A stretch of DNA of 64,000 nucleotides from contig CAVVUN010000002.1 in NCBI GenBank assembly GCA_963751455.1, positions 384,001 to 448,000 on the forward strand, in the 5' to 3' direction. Made by a program: the position numbers and the translations under genes. Of this stretch, positions 9,745 through 19,942 are shown piece after piece. A model generated the notes under the pieces. That model did not search any database. It saw only the letters and a program-made list of their open reading frames with translations, and was not told the DNA's origin. Positions within the stretch are counted from its first letter, which is position 1; each line of letters opens with the position of its first letter. Source of the DNA: Nitrospirota bacterium. GTDB lineage: Bacteria > Nitrospirota > UBA9217.

Positions 9745-11121
9745 CTACGACATCATTTCCTTGATGTTTTTGATCAGGTCGTTGACAGCCTGCTGTGCGC
9801 TCCCATAGAGCATCCGGGTATTGTCAGCATAAAAGAGGGCGTTCTCGATGCCTGAATAGCCCGCGCCTTTTCCGCGCTTGATCACGATCGTGTTGTGCGA
9901 ACGGTCCGCATTCAGGATCGGCATCCCGTAAATCGGGCTCGCTTTGTCGGTCCTGGCAGCGGGATTGACAACGTCGTTTGCGCCTATTACGAGCGCAACG
10001 TTCGCCTGGGAAAACTCTTCGTTTATTTCCTCCAGGTCGAAGATCCTGTCGTAGGAAACTCCGGCTTCTGCGAGCAGAACGTTCATGTGCCCCGGCATCC
10101 TGCCTGCCACAGGGTGGATGGCGAATTTAACATGGACCCCGGCTTCCTCCAGCAGGACGCTCATTTCCTTGACCTTGTGCTGGGCCTGCCCTACAGCCAT
10201 CCCATAGCCCGGTACGATGATTACGTTACGGGCAAAGCGAAGAAGCGACGCTGCGTCCAGAGGAGAAATTTCCTTCAGAGCGCCCGTAATGCCCGTACCC
10301 GGAATCCGGGCCTCGCCGGTTATGGGCTTGAACAGGATATTCGTTAGCGGCCGGTTCATTGCCCTGGCCATTAACTGGGTAAGCAGGGTGCCTGCGGATC
10401 CCACAACGATTCCGGCGATGATCAGGGCCGGATTGTTCAGAACATAGCCTTCGAAGCCGACCGCGAGCCCGGTCAAGGCATTAAAGAGCGAGATTACGAC
10501 AGGCATGTCCGCTCCGCCAATCGGCAGCGTGATGACGACGCCGAGGACGAGCGCGAGGACGAAAAAGATGATGATCTGAAGAGGGCTCGCGGCGCCTGCG
10601 ATAAGATTCACAGCTGCAGCAAGGGTCACGGCAGCGAGTATGATATTAACGGCATTTTGCGCGGGGAGCCGGAACGTTTTCTTCATTATGCCCTGCAGCT
10701 TGGCAAAGGCGACGAGAGAGCCGGAGAACGAAATCGCGCCTATCAGCGCGCCGAGGGTCGCAAGCCCGGTAACGAACAGTCCGTCCGGTTCTCCCTTGGA
10801 AAGCTCGATTGCCGCTATTGCCGCTGCCGCCCCGCCGCCCATGCCGTTGTACAGAGCGACCATCTGCGGCATGTCCGTCATCTTGACCACCCTGCCGGAC
10901 CACCAGGAGAGAGAGCCGCCGATAAAAAGCGCCACGATCATCAGCGCGTAATTCTTCATATCGGGCCAGGCGAACGTGACAAGCGTCGCAAGCAGCATGC
11001 CTGCTCCGGCCCAGAGTATGCCTCTCCGGGCTGTTATTGGCGAGGACATGCCCTTCAGGCCGAGAATGAACAGGATCGCCACGACGAAGTAGCTGGCATT
11101 GATGAGGAGTTTCGCAGTCAT
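9745..11121 (-). CDS. pntB: NAD(P) transhydrogenase beta subunit
   Basis: MPQMVALYNGMGG, GGADMPVVIS, VPGYGMA, HPVAGRMPGHMNVLLAEA. Confidence 0.97.
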   Translation of the reverse strand: MTAKLLINASYFVVAILFILGLKGMSSPITARRGILWAGAGMLLATLVTFAWPDMKNYALMIVALFIGGSLSWWSGRVVKMTDMPQMVALYNGMGGGAAAAIAAIELSKGEPDGLFVTGLATLGALIGAISFSGSLVAFAKLQGIMKKTFRLPAQNAVNIILAAVTLAAAVNLIAGAASPLQIIIFFVLALVLGVVITLPIGGADMPVVISLFNALTGLAVGFEGYVLNNPALIIAGIVVGSAGTLLTQLMARAMNRPLTNILFKPITGEARIPGTGITGALKEISPLDAASLLRFARNVIIVPGYGMAVGQAQHKVKEMSVLLEEAGVHVKFAIHPVAGRMPGHMNVLLAEAGVSYDRIFDLEEINEEFSQANVALVIGANDVVNPAARTDKASPIYGMPILNADRSHNTIVIKRGKGAGYSGIENALFYADNTRMLYGSAQQAVNDLIKNIKEMMS

Positions 11122-11158
11122 AGTTTTGAATACAACTTTCAAAAAACCAAGAGCAGTT

Positions 11159-11285
11159 GGGACGCAGAAAAATCGGATAAACGCAGATTTAAAAAATGTC
11201 TGGGCTGAAGGGCCTCGGAATCACGGTACCGCAGGAATCTTAAGATTTTCTGTTTATCCGCGAAAATCCGCTTTTATCTGCGTCC
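11159..11285. repeat. Family A periodic palindrome (CGCAGAT/ATCTGCG units)
   Basis: GGACGCAGAAAAATCGGATAAACGCAGAT ... ATCCGCGAAAATCCGCTTTTATCTGCGTCC inverted arms. Confidence 0.75.
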
Positions 11286-11308
11286 AGATGCTGTTTCCTG
11301 GGTGGTTG

Positions 11309-11602
11309 TTATTTGGGTTTTCCCCCTTCGCCTTTCTTGAACATCGCGAGCATGCGTTCCGTCACTACGTAGCCTCCGGCCGCGTTGGCGGCGCCCAGCA
11401 GTACGGCGACAAAGCCGATCGCCTGCTCAAGCGGGGTCCGCGCTTCGCCGAGCGCAACCATGGCGCCCACCAGCACCACACCGTGGACGAAATTGGAGCC
11501 GGACATCAACGGAGTGTGCAGGATAACGGGTACGCGCGAAATGACTTCGTAGCCGGTGAATGCCGCGAGCATGAAGATATAAAGCGCAGCGAATATTTCC
11601 AT
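11309..11602 (-). CDS. pntAB: NAD(P) transhydrogenase alpha subunit, membrane part
   Basis: ISRVPVILHTPLMSGSN, GGYVVTERMLAMFKK. Confidence 0.95.
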   Translation of the reverse strand: MEIFAALYIFMLAAFTGYEVISRVPVILHTPLMSGSNFVHGVVLVGAMVALGEARTPLEQAIGFVAVLLGAANAAGGYVVTERMLAMFKKGEGGKPK

Positions 11603-11616
11603 GGAAATCTCCGAAA

Positions 11617-11785
11617 GAGTGTCAAAGTATCAAAGTGTCACAGTGTCAAAGCAGTGTCGCATCACAGCAGTGTCAAAGCATCACAGTCAAAGTTCTTGGA
11701 CACTCCGATGCTCTGACTCGATGACACTGCTTCAAAGCAAGTTCTTCTCTGATACTCTAATACTCTGACTCTATGACACTGCTTT
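11617..11785. repeat. Degenerate short-unit (~8 bp, AGTGTCAA/TGACACT) inverted array
   Basis: Repeated GTGTCA/GTCAAAG units followed by complementary TGACAC/TGACTC units. Confidence 0.65.
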
Positions 11786-12913
11786 ACCGACCCCCTCCAG
11801 CACCTTCCTTACTCCCTCGTGCCGTATCGCACCCTCGTGTGTAAAAACGCTTCCGGCCAGGATTTCGTCGTTCCAGTCGAGAACGAGCTCGCCGTCTTTT
11901 ATGAAGGGCGAAAGAAAGTTGAACAGGTTCCTGGCATACATTTCGGAAGCGTGGACCGGCATGCGGGAGGCCAGATTTGACGTGCCGACAATGCTGATAC
12001 CGTCCTTGACCACTGTTTCACCCGGAAGGCTGCCTGCAACGTTGCCGCCGCTGTCAGCCGCCATGTCGACGATGATCGCTCCCTTTTTCATGCGCATGAC
12101 CATGTCTTCGGTAATTATAAGAGGACTTTTTTTGCCGGGAACCGCCGCGGTTGTAATGAGAACATCAGCCTGCGCCACGGCCTTTGAAAGTTTTTCCTTC
12201 TGGGACTTTTTCTCATCAGCAGTCAGCTCGCGGGCGTAACCCCCGGCCCCGACAGCGGCCACACCGGTGTCCACGAAGCGGGCCCCGAGGGATTCAACCT
12301 GCTCCCTGGTCTCGGGCCTCACATCGTAGGCTTCGACAATCGCACCGAGCCTGTGAGCGGTAGCGATTGCCTGCAGCCCTGCGACCCCTGCACCGATGAC
12401 CAGGACGCGGGAGGGACGAAGCGTTCCGGCTGCGTACGTGAGCATAGGAAAAAATTTCGGTGTTATGACGCCGGCGATCAGGGCGCACTGGTAGCCGGCT
12501 ACTGTGGCCTGTGAGGACAGAGCGTCCATGCTCTGGGCGCGCGATATGCGGGGGATGAGCTCCACAGCGAAGCTTGTAATGTTTCTCTCGCAGAACAGCC
12601 TGGCCCTGTCCCCATCAGCGAATGGATGGAGAAAGCCGATCAAAACGGTGCCGGGTTTCATCATGCGTATCTCGTCGAGGTCCGGAGGCTGCACCCTGAG
12701 GATGACCCGCGCCCGTTCTAAAACCTGACGCGAGTCGGACACGATGCCCTGTACGCCGAACTCCTCGTCAAGGATGAAGCTGCCTGCGCCTGCATCGCGT
12801 TCGATGCAGAAATCCGCGCCGAGAGCCTTGAATTTTTTTACCACATCGGGTACGACTGCCACACGCCGCTCGCTCTGCGTAGTTTCCTTTGTCACCCCTA
12901 TTATCAGAGGCAT
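11771..12913 (-). CDS. pntAA: NAD(P) transhydrogenase alpha subunit, NAD-binding part
   Basis: ERRVA, PRISRAQSMDALSSQ, GAGVAGLQAIATA. Confidence 0.96.
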   Translation of the reverse strand: MPLIIGVTKETTQSERRVAVVPDVVKKFKALGADFCIERDAGAGSFILDEEFGVQGIVSDSRQVLERARVILRVQPPDLDEIRMMKPGTVLIGFLHPFADGDRARLFCERNITSFAVELIPRISRAQSMDALSSQATVAGYQCALIAGVITPKFFPMLTYAAGTLRPSRVLVIGAGVAGLQAIATAHRLGAIVEAYDVRPETREQVESLGARFVDTGVAAVGAGGYARELTADEKKSQKEKLSKAVAQADVLITTAAVPGKKSPLIITEDMVMRMKKGAIIVDMAADSGGNVAGSLPGETVVKDGISIVGTSNLASRMPVHASEMYARNLFNFLSPFIKDGELVLDWNDEILAGSVFTHEGAIRHEGVRKVLEGVGKAVS

Positions 12914-13155
12914 AAAAGTCCTCCCAAGCCGGGGCTGTGAAAGCTGTTTTCAATTCATAGCTACTATTAGTATATCATTGTTCACATCAGCCGGAAGTGT
13001 TCAAACAGTTGGTCGTGATTGCCCGGGATCAAGAGAGAGTTACACCGCGAATAGGACACGTGTTTCGCCGGTACTTGAAGCTAGTTATACATCGTGGACA
13101 AATGTTATCCAATTTGTTATAATGTTATAACATAATGCGAAGGAGGTATACCACC

Positions 13156-13392
13156 ATGACCATTTCCAAGACTACTGTTAAGGGCCAGGTAATTATCCCC
13201 GCCCCGCTGAGAAAGAAATATAACATCAAAAAAGGCACCCGCGTCGCCATATCTGAAGGGGAAGGGAACGTGATCGTGATAAAGCCGCTCCCTGATGACC
13301 CGATCGAGGCATCCAGGGGGATGTTGAAAGGCAAAACGTCGTTGATGAAGGCATTGCTCAAGGACCGCAACGAGGAGGCGAAGCGTGGATAG
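13156..13392 (+). CDS. AbrB/MazE/SpoVT-type antitoxin
   Basis: TVKGQVIIPAPLRKKYNIKKG; overlaps the PIN gene; TGTTATAACA palindrome upstream. Confidence 0.9.
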   Translation: MTISKTTVKGQVIIPAPLRKKYNIKKGTRVAISEGEGNVIVIKPLPDDPIEASRGMLKGKTSLMKALLKDRNEEAKRG

Positions 13393-13789
13393 CTCCTATG
13401 TCCTTGACAGCTATGCACTGCTTGCCCATTTTGAAGATGAAGCAGGCGGAGAACAAGTCAGAAAGATTCTCAGGGCTGCCCAGACAGGAAAAACAAAGCT
13501 TTTTCTTTCGGTTATTAACTTCGGAGAGCTTTATTACAATACGCTTCGCGAGCGCGGCCGCGAGAAAGCGGAGGAAGTGAGATTTATTACGGTACAGCTG
13601 CCGGTCACGATCGTCAATGCCGATATGGACATTACCTTGGAAGCGGCGCGGCTCAAGGGGAAGCACCCGCTGGCGTATGCGGACTGCTTTGCTGCCGCCC
13701 TCGGCATCCGTAAAAAGGTAAAGGTGGTAACAGGCGATCCTGAATTTAAAAAATTCGGAGAGCTGGTGGCAGTCGAGTGGATCAAATGA
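13385..13789 (+). CDS. vapC: VapC-type PIN domain toxin
   Basis: YVLDSYALLA, NFGE, YADC, VTGDPEF acidic residues. Confidence 0.9.
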   Translation: MDSSYVLDSYALLAHFEDEAGGEQVRKILRAAQTGKTKLFLSVINFGELYYNTLRERGREKAEEVRFITVQLPVTIVNADMDITLEAARLKGKHPLAYADCFAAALGIRKKVKVVTGDPEFKKFGELVAVEWIK

Positions 13790-13904
13790 AAATCTTGCTG
13801 CCGGTGTCTTAGTCCCTCGCCTGCGGAATGACCTCAGTAGCAGTTACCCCACCCTTGCTTTTTCCTGTTTCCTGGATTATGTTTGACTTAGAAGGAAGTT
13901 TGTC

Positions 13905-16900
13905 ATGTCGGTATCCAGCCTTTCATTCTTTCACCCCCTCATTCAGAAATGGTTTCGGCAAAAAGTCGGCGCCCCGACCGATATCCAGGAAAAATCATGG
14001 CCCGAGATCGCTGCAGGGAGGCACGTGCTCGTGACCGCACCGACCGGATGCGGCAAAACGCTGGCAGCTTTTTTGTGGGCCTTGAACCAGCTGATTACCG
14101 GCTCCTGGCCCCGCGGAAACATCCGGGTTCTCTACGTTTCTCCGCTCAAAGCGCTCAATAACGATGTCCGCCGGAACCTGCTCAAGCCGCTTGCGGAACT
14201 CAAGGAGGTGTTTGCAGGCGCGGGATCTCCATTTCCGGACATCTCCGTGCTCACCCGGAGCGGGGATACGCCGGCTGAAGAACGAAGAAAAATGGTCCGC
14301 AACCCTCCTGAAATACTAATCACCACGCCCGAGTCCCTGAATCTCCTGCTCACATCCGTGAGCGGCCGCAACATGCTTCGCGGCATCCAGACGGTCATTC
14401 TCGACGAAATCCATGCTGTGGCGGCGACCAAGAGGGGGACACACCTTATTACCGGTGTTGAGCGGCTTGTCCTGCTTTCGGGCGAATTCCAGCGCATTGC
14501 ACTCTCCGCTACGGTGAATCCTGTTGAACGCATAGCGGAATTCGCAGGCGGTTATCGCAGGTTCGGAAAGGGAAAGGACAGTCGTTATGAAAAACGGCCG
14601 GTCTCAATCATCCGGTCCATCCAGGCGAAGACGTTCGAGGTCAGGGTTTCTTTTCCCCGCGACGCACGCGAGAATATGGTTGACGGTTCATGGTGGCCGC
14701 CCCTGGTAGCTGCTTTCAAGAACCTGATCGCCGAGCACCGGTCGTCGCTTCTCTTTGCGAACAGCCGGAGAACCGCGGAAAAAGTGACGCGCATGCTGAA
14801 TGAAGGGGAGCAGGAAGAACTGGTTTATGCGCACCACGGGTCTCTTTCACGCGAGATCCGTCTGGCAGTGGAACAGAAGCTGAAAAATGGGGAACTCAGG
14901 GCGATCGTAGCAACCAGTTCCCTTGAGCTCGGCATCGATATCGGCAGCCTCGACCAGGTGATCCTTGTGCAGACTCCGCGTTCGGTTTCCTCCGCTATTC
15001 AGCGTGTAGGCAGGTCAGGCCATGACGTGGGCGAGAAAAGCCGGGGCGTAATCTTCCCGACGCACGGACGCGACTTCATCGATGCCGCGGTGACTGCGCG
15101 CGCAATCCTGGAGCAGGACATCGAAGAAGTCCGGCCGGTCCAGGCCCCGCTGGATATTCTTGCGCAAGTCATCCTTTCCATGACAGCAGCCGAGCGCTGG
15201 GACATTGACGATTTATACGGGTTCCTAAAAGCAACCTACCCATACCGCGACCTGCCCCGAAGGCACTTCGATCTCGTGATCGAGATGATGGCCGGCAGGT
15301 ATGCGGACACGCGCTTGCGGCAGCTGAAGGCCCGTGTCTCTCTCGATCGCATCGACAACACTATCCAGGCCCACAGTGAGGTCCGGTACCTGATTTATAC
15401 ATCGGGCGGGACCATTCCCGAAAGGGGGTATTTCGATCTCAGGCTCAAAGACACACACACTAAGATAGGGGAACTCGACGAAGAATTCGTCTGGGAGCGT
15501 TCCATCGGCGAAACATTCACCCTGGGCACCCAGCTCTGGCGCATAGAGAATTTTACCCATAACGACGTTGAAGTGACGCCGGTCCGTTCCGCGCCGGCGA
15601 TTGTCCCTTTCTGGAAAGCCGAGGAGCAGGACCGGGACTTCCACCTGTCTGAACGAATCGGGCTTTTTCTTGAAAATGCGGAAATGAAAGTGCATTCGGC
15701 GGATTTCAAGCAGGAGTTGATGGGGGCAAACGCCATGGAAGATACGGCAGCCGGCGAGCTGATCGGGTTCCTGAAGCTGCAGAAGGAGGCAACAGGCAGC
15801 AGCCTCCCGCACCGGCATCATCTCCTGATTGAACATATCGAGGAGGGCGCCGGACAAGGCGATCTGAAGCAGGTGGCGCTGCATACGTTCTGGGGCGGCA
15901 GGGTGAACCGGCCGTTCGCGCTTGCCCTTTCGCAGGCCTGGGAAGAGCAGGAGCGAACGCCGCTTGAATTCATAGAGACTGACGATGCTGTTCTGCTCAT
16001 GCTCCCGCGGTCCATCGGGTCCAGGGAACTTTTCAGTCTTCTGTCTCCGGAAAATGTGGAGGCCTTCCTGAGGAAAAAGCTGGAGCAGACGGGCTTTTTC
16101 GGCGCCCGGTTCCGTGAGAACGCGGAGCGGGCGCTCCTGCTTCCAAAACCGGGTTTCAGGCGCCGGATGCCCCTGTGGCTGATCCGGCTCCGGGCCAAGG
16201 AACTGATGGCCGCGGTCCGTTCCTACGAAGACTTCCCGATCCTTCTCGAAACCTGGCGCACCTGTCTCAGCGATGAATTCGACCTCGAGAACCTGAAACG
16301 CGTCCTCGAGGAGGTCCGCGTCGGCCGCATACGGGTGACCGAAACCGTGACGCGATCAGCATCTCCTTTTACCGGGCAACTGGTATGGAAGCGTACGAAC
16401 CGCTACATGTATGAAGACGATACGCCGCTCTCAGCCGGGCAGTCTGCGCTTCGGCCCGATCTCATTCGGGAAATCCTGTTTTCGCCCCATCTGCGTCCCA
16501 AAATTCCTGCTGACCTGATTCGCGTTCTCGATGAAAAGCTCAAGCGTACTGCAGCAGGATACGCGCCGGGCTCAGGTCCGGAGCTGCTTGACTGGATAAA
16601 AGAGCGGCTGCTGGTTCCGCTGCCGGAGTGGAAGGAGCTTGCGGCCGCAATACGCCGCGATTATGACGCTGATGCCGTTGCCCGGCTCGCTGAGAACCGG
16701 ACAAAGCTTGCGTGGGTGTCATGGCCCGGAACCTCCCATCCTCTTTTAACAGCGGTTGAAACGCTCCCGAAGGCGCTTGTTGCCTTCCGGATGCTGTTCG
16801 ATGATGTTACGGTCAAGCCTGTGACGGAAGATGAAACCGTCGAATCCTTGAGAGGCAGGATCAGGCATTATCTCCGGGATGTTCCCGAACCGGTCGTCCC

Positions 16901-18380
16901 GCGGGAGGACTATGACCTCAGCAGTTTCCTATCCGGCTGGCTTTCGTATTACGGCCCGATCGAAAAAGAGGTTGTTACGCGCCTCCTCGGCATCCCGTCC
17001 GAGCGGTTTGACGAGGCAATCGTTCCTCTTCTGGAAGCGCAAAGCCTGATCTGGGACCAGTTCGGGGAAGAAAGCCGAAAGCCCGAAATCTGCGACAGTG
17101 AAAATTTCGAGACCCTTCTTCGCATGGCTCGACGGTATCGACAGCCGTCGTTCGAGCCCCTTCCCGCACGGCAGCTTCCGCTTTTTCTTGCGCTGTTTCA
17201 GGGCGTGGCGCGGCCCGGTGAAACCACCGAAGATCTGCAGCAACGGCTCGAACAGCTCTTCGGGTGGCCAGACCGCGCGACTGCCTGGGAAGAATATCTC
17301 CTGCCTGCCCGTATGCGGCAGTACAGCACTCACCGGCTCGATACCCTGATGGATTCCACTGAATTGATCTGGTTCGGCTGCGGCAATAAAAGGATCAGCC
17401 TGGCATTCTCCGAGGACCTTGAACTGTATAAACAGCCGGCGCGTTCAGACCATGACGGCGACCCGGCGGAACTCGAGCATTTGATACCTGACCGCCGCGG
17501 CAGGTACAGTTTTTTCGATATTGCCGAGTTTTCTCATCTTGATACAGTAGCGGCGGCGGAGCGCCTCTGGAAACAGGCCTGGAAAGGGAACGTTACGACG
17601 GATACCTTCAGGACGATCAGAAAGGGAGCGATAACGAGGTTCAAGCCTCAGCCGTTTGCCGCAGAGACGGCGCGGCTGGCATCCCGAAGGTCCGGTTTCG
17701 ACCGCTGGAAGGTGTCGCGGCCTTTGGAAGGACACTGGCTGCGGATCGACCGAACGGACGGCGAGGCGGACATCCTGGCCGGTGAAGAACTCGTGAAGGA
17801 CAGGGCCAGACAGCTGCTGAAGCGCTACGGCATTCTTTTTCGGGACCTCGTGGCTAACGAACTTCCTCCGCTGCAGTGGCGCGCGGTGTTCAGGTCCTTG
17901 CGTCTCATGGAATTCTCCGGAGAGATCGTATCAGGCTATTTTTTCAAAGGCGTTTCCGGCGTGCAATTCGCATCCCAGGAGGCGTTTCGGCTTCTTCAGG
18001 ACCCTTTGCCTGAGGACTCAGTTTTCTGGATCAACGCCGCGGATACTGCTTCGCTTTGCGGCATTGCCGCGGGAAACGTACAGGGCCTGCCGCCCCGCGT
18101 TCCCTCCACGTACCTGGTCTATCACGGCAGCCGGATGGTCATGATCGCGAAGCGCCAGGGAAAAGTACTCGATATTTTCGTTCCAGCCGACGATCCGCGG
18201 CTTCCGGATTATTTCAACCTCTTCAAACACCTGCTCGGCCGGGAGTTCAACCCTGCGCCCAGGATCTCAATAGAGATGGTAAACAACGAGCCCGCTATGG
18301 GGAGCGCATATGCGGAGCCGCTGAAGCGGTTCGGGTTCCGTACATCAAGGACTGCGTTGGAGCTTTGGAGGGAATATTGA
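13905..18380 (+). CDS. lhr: Lhr family ATP-dependent DEAD/H helicase
   Basis: APTGCGKT, DEIH, SAT, HHGSLS, QRVGRSGH; C-terminal LLKRYGILFR region. Confidence 0.93.
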   Translation: MSVSSLSFFHPLIQKWFRQKVGAPTDIQEKSWPEIAAGRHVLVTAPTGCGKTLAAFLWALNQLITGSWPRGNIRVLYVSPLKALNNDVRRNLLKPLAELKEVFAGAGSPFPDISVLTRSGDTPAEERRKMVRNPPEILITTPESLNLLLTSVSGRNMLRGIQTVILDEIHAVAATKRGTHLITGVERLVLLSGEFQRIALSATVNPVERIAEFAGGYRRFGKGKDSRYEKRPVSIIRSIQAKTFEVRVSFPRDARENMVDGSWWPPLVAAFKNLIAEHRSSLLFANSRRTAEKVTRMLNEGEQEELVYAHHGSLSREIRLAVEQKLKNGELRAIVATSSLELGIDIGSLDQVILVQTPRSVSSAIQRVGRSGHDVGEKSRGVIFPTHGRDFIDAAVTARAILEQDIEEVRPVQAPLDILAQVILSMTAAERWDIDDLYGFLKATYPYRDLPRRHFDLVIEMMAGRYADTRLRQLKARVSLDRIDNTIQAHSEVRYLIYTSGGTIPERGYFDLRLKDTHTKIGELDEEFVWERSIGETFTLGTQLWRIENFTHNDVEVTPVRSAPAIVPFWKAEEQDRDFHLSERIGLFLENAEMKVHSADFKQELMGANAMEDTAAGELIGFLKLQKEATGSSLPHRHHLLIEHIEEGAGQGDLKQVALHTFWGGRVNRPFALALSQAWEEQERTPLEFIETDDAVLLMLPRSIGSRELFSLLSPENVEAFLRKKLEQTGFFGARFRENAERALLLPKPGFRRRMPLWLIRLRAKELMAAVRSYEDFPILLETWRTCLSDEFDLENLKRVLEEVRVGRIRVTETVTRSASPFTGQLVWKRTNRYMYEDDTPLSAGQSALRPDLIREILFSPHLRPKIPADLIRVLDEKLKRTAAGYAPGSGPELLDWIKERLLVPLPEWKELAAAIRRDYDADAVARLAENRTKLAWVSWPGTSHPLLTAVETLPKALVAFRMLFDDVTVKPVTEDETVESLRGRIRHYLRDVPEPVVPREDYDLSSFLSGWLSYYGPIEKEVVTRLLGIPSERFDEAIVPLLEAQSLIWDQFGEESRKPEICDSENFETLLRMARRYRQPSFEPLPARQLPLFLALFQGVARPGETTEDLQQRLEQLFGWPDRATAWEEYLLPARMRQYSTHRLDTLMDSTELIWFGCGNKRISLAFSEDLELYKQPARSDHDGDPAELEHLIPDRRGRYSFFDIAEFSHLDTVAAAERLWKQAWKGNVTTDTFRTIRKGAITRFKPQPFAAETARLASRRSGFDRWKVSRPLEGHWLRIDRTDGEADILAGEELVKDRARQLLKRYGILFRDLVANELPPLQWRAVFRSLRLMEFSGEIVSGYFFKGVSGVQFASQEAFRLLQDPLPEDSVFWINAADTASLCGIAAGNVQGLPPRVPSTYLVYHGSRMVMIAKRQGKVLDIFVPADDPRLPDYFNLFKHLLGREFNPAPRISIEMVNNEPAMGSAYAEPLKRFGFRTSRTALELWREY

Positions 18381-18390
18381 TCTCGAATCA

Positions 18391-18497
18391 GCATAGCGCA
18401 TGGCGCAAAGCGCATGGAAATTCGGATGGAACATAGGACATGGTGCATTGTGAATCCGATCGCTTTTCGCTATGCTCTATGCGCTCTGCCCTATGCG
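18391..18497. repeat. Family C heptamer palindrome (GCATAGC/GCTATGC)
   Basis: GCATAGCGCATGGCGCAAAGCG ... CGCTATGCTCTATGCGCTCTGCCCTATGCG; related copies at 28686-28745, halves near 5762 and 9712. Confidence 0.75.
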
Positions 18498-18579
18498 GGA
18501 ATTTCCAGCATTTTTCTTGATTTAACGCTGCGTTTCCGTATATAATGACCGAATCTCTCGGTATTGGGGCGCAGAATTC

Positions 18580-18810
18580 ATGGCGGAAAAAAAATTTGAA
18601 GCCGCGCTCGGGCGGCTTCAGGAAATAGTGAAAGAGCTTGAAACAGGGGAACTGCCCCTCGAACAGTCGCTGAAGCTCTTTGAAGAAGGGATCAAGCTTT
18701 CCCGCATATGCAACAAGCGTCTTGAGGAGGCCGAGCGCCGGGTGGAAATCCTTCTCAAGGACAAGGCAGGCAACATTGTGGCAAAACCATTTGAGGAAGA
18801 CGAAGGTTGA
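18580..18810 (+). CDS. xseB: Exodeoxyribonuclease VII small subunit
   Basis: FEAALGRLQEIVKELETGELPLEQSLKLFEEG. Confidence 0.96.
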   Translation: MAEKKFEAALGRLQEIVKELETGELPLEQSLKLFEEGIKLSRICNKRLEEAERRVEILLKDKAGNIVAKPFEEDEG

Positions 18811-18893
18811 ATAGTTGATTTGTTGAGTGGTAAGGGTGGAGTAACACGACTGAGCAACGTAACGACTTTACAACTCAACAGCATTTCAAAGAC

Positions 18894-19784
18894 ATGGACA
18901 TCAAAGTCTATCTCGAAAGAAAAAAGGCAGCTGTCGACAAGACCCTCGAAAAGCTTGTGCCGAATCAAAAAACGTTTCCGCCTGCGGTCTATGAGGCAAT
19001 GCGCTATAGCCTGTTCGCGGGCGGCAAGAGGGTGCGGCCCATCCTGGCAGTTGCTGCTGCCGAGGCGCTCGGTGTAAAGACCGCGGAGCTGCTGCCTGCT
19101 GCCTGCTCGCTGGAGTTGATTCACACCTACTCGCTGATTCACGACGACCTTCCGGCAATGGACGATGATGACTTCCGCCGGGGGAAGCCGACCTGCCATA
19201 AGGTTTACGGCGAAGCGATCGCCATCCTTGCCGGGGACGGCCTGCTGAACATGGCCTTCGAGGTGCTTTCCGACCCGGGCAGGACCAAGGAAATTCCCGC
19301 GAACCGGATGATCGCAATCATCAAAGAGATTGCGACGGCATCCGGAGTGCTGGGTATGGTGGGCGGGCAGGTGGTGGACATCCAATCGGAGGGCGTGGAA
19401 ATCGACTTCCCGACTCTTGAGTACATTCACACTCACAAAACTGGCGCATTGATCCGCTCGTCGGTAAGGGTAGGAGCGCTCTATGCGAAAGCGGGAAAAA
19501 GGGAGTTCTCGGCGTTGACGAGATATGGAGAGATGGCGGGACTTGCGTTTCAGATCGCCGACGATATTCTCGACATTACCGGCAAGCAGGAGGATATCGG
19601 AAAAGACGTGGGCAGCGACCTGAAAAAAGGGAAAAAGACGTTTCCCGGTTTCTATGGTCTCGAAGAATCGCGCCGCCGCGCTCACGAGGTCGTTGATCAT
19701 GCCCTGCTGGCCTTGAAGGATTTTGATCGTAAGGCAGATCCGCTCCGGGAGCTGGCGAAGTACATAATAACGAGGGTCAATTAG
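18894..19784 (+). CDS. ispA: Farnesyl diphosphate synthase
   Basis: GGKRVRP, HDDLPAMDDDDFRRGKPT, FQIADDILD. Confidence 0.96.
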   Translation: MDIKVYLERKKAAVDKTLEKLVPNQKTFPPAVYEAMRYSLFAGGKRVRPILAVAAAEALGVKTAELLPAACSLELIHTYSLIHDDLPAMDDDDFRRGKPTCHKVYGEAIAILAGDGLLNMAFEVLSDPGRTKEIPANRMIAIIKEIATASGVLGMVGGQVVDIQSEGVEIDFPTLEYIHTHKTGALIRSSVRVGALYAKAGKREFSALTRYGEMAGLAFQIADDILDITGKQEDIGKDVGSDLKKGKKTFPGFYGLEESRRRAHEVVDHALLALKDFDRKADPLRELAKYIITRVN

Positions 19785-19808
19785 AACAAATCTGAATACG
19801 AAGTGTAT

Positions 19809-19895
19809 TTATCCGCAGATTACGCGGATGGGCGCAGATTTTTAAACCATAAATTCGGCTTTGGCTTAATCTGTGAAATCTGCGGAATCTGCGAA
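19809..19895. repeat. Family A periodic palindrome
   Basis: ATCCGCAGATTACGCGGATGGGCGCAGATT ... AATCTGTGAAATCTGCGGAATCTGCGAAT. Confidence 0.75.
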
Positions 19896-19942
19896 TGAAA
19901 AAGACGTGAAGTTTTAACTTAGAATTTAACGAAGAGGTTTCC

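Noticed and set aside
11617-11785. Possible CRISPR array
   Set aside because: Units are ~8 bp, degenerate and inverted, without unique spacers; no cas genes in the window.
13156-18380. VapBC + Lhr as a defence system
   Set aside because: Both are common stand-alone loci, and a repeat fragment separates them; nothing shows functional coupling.
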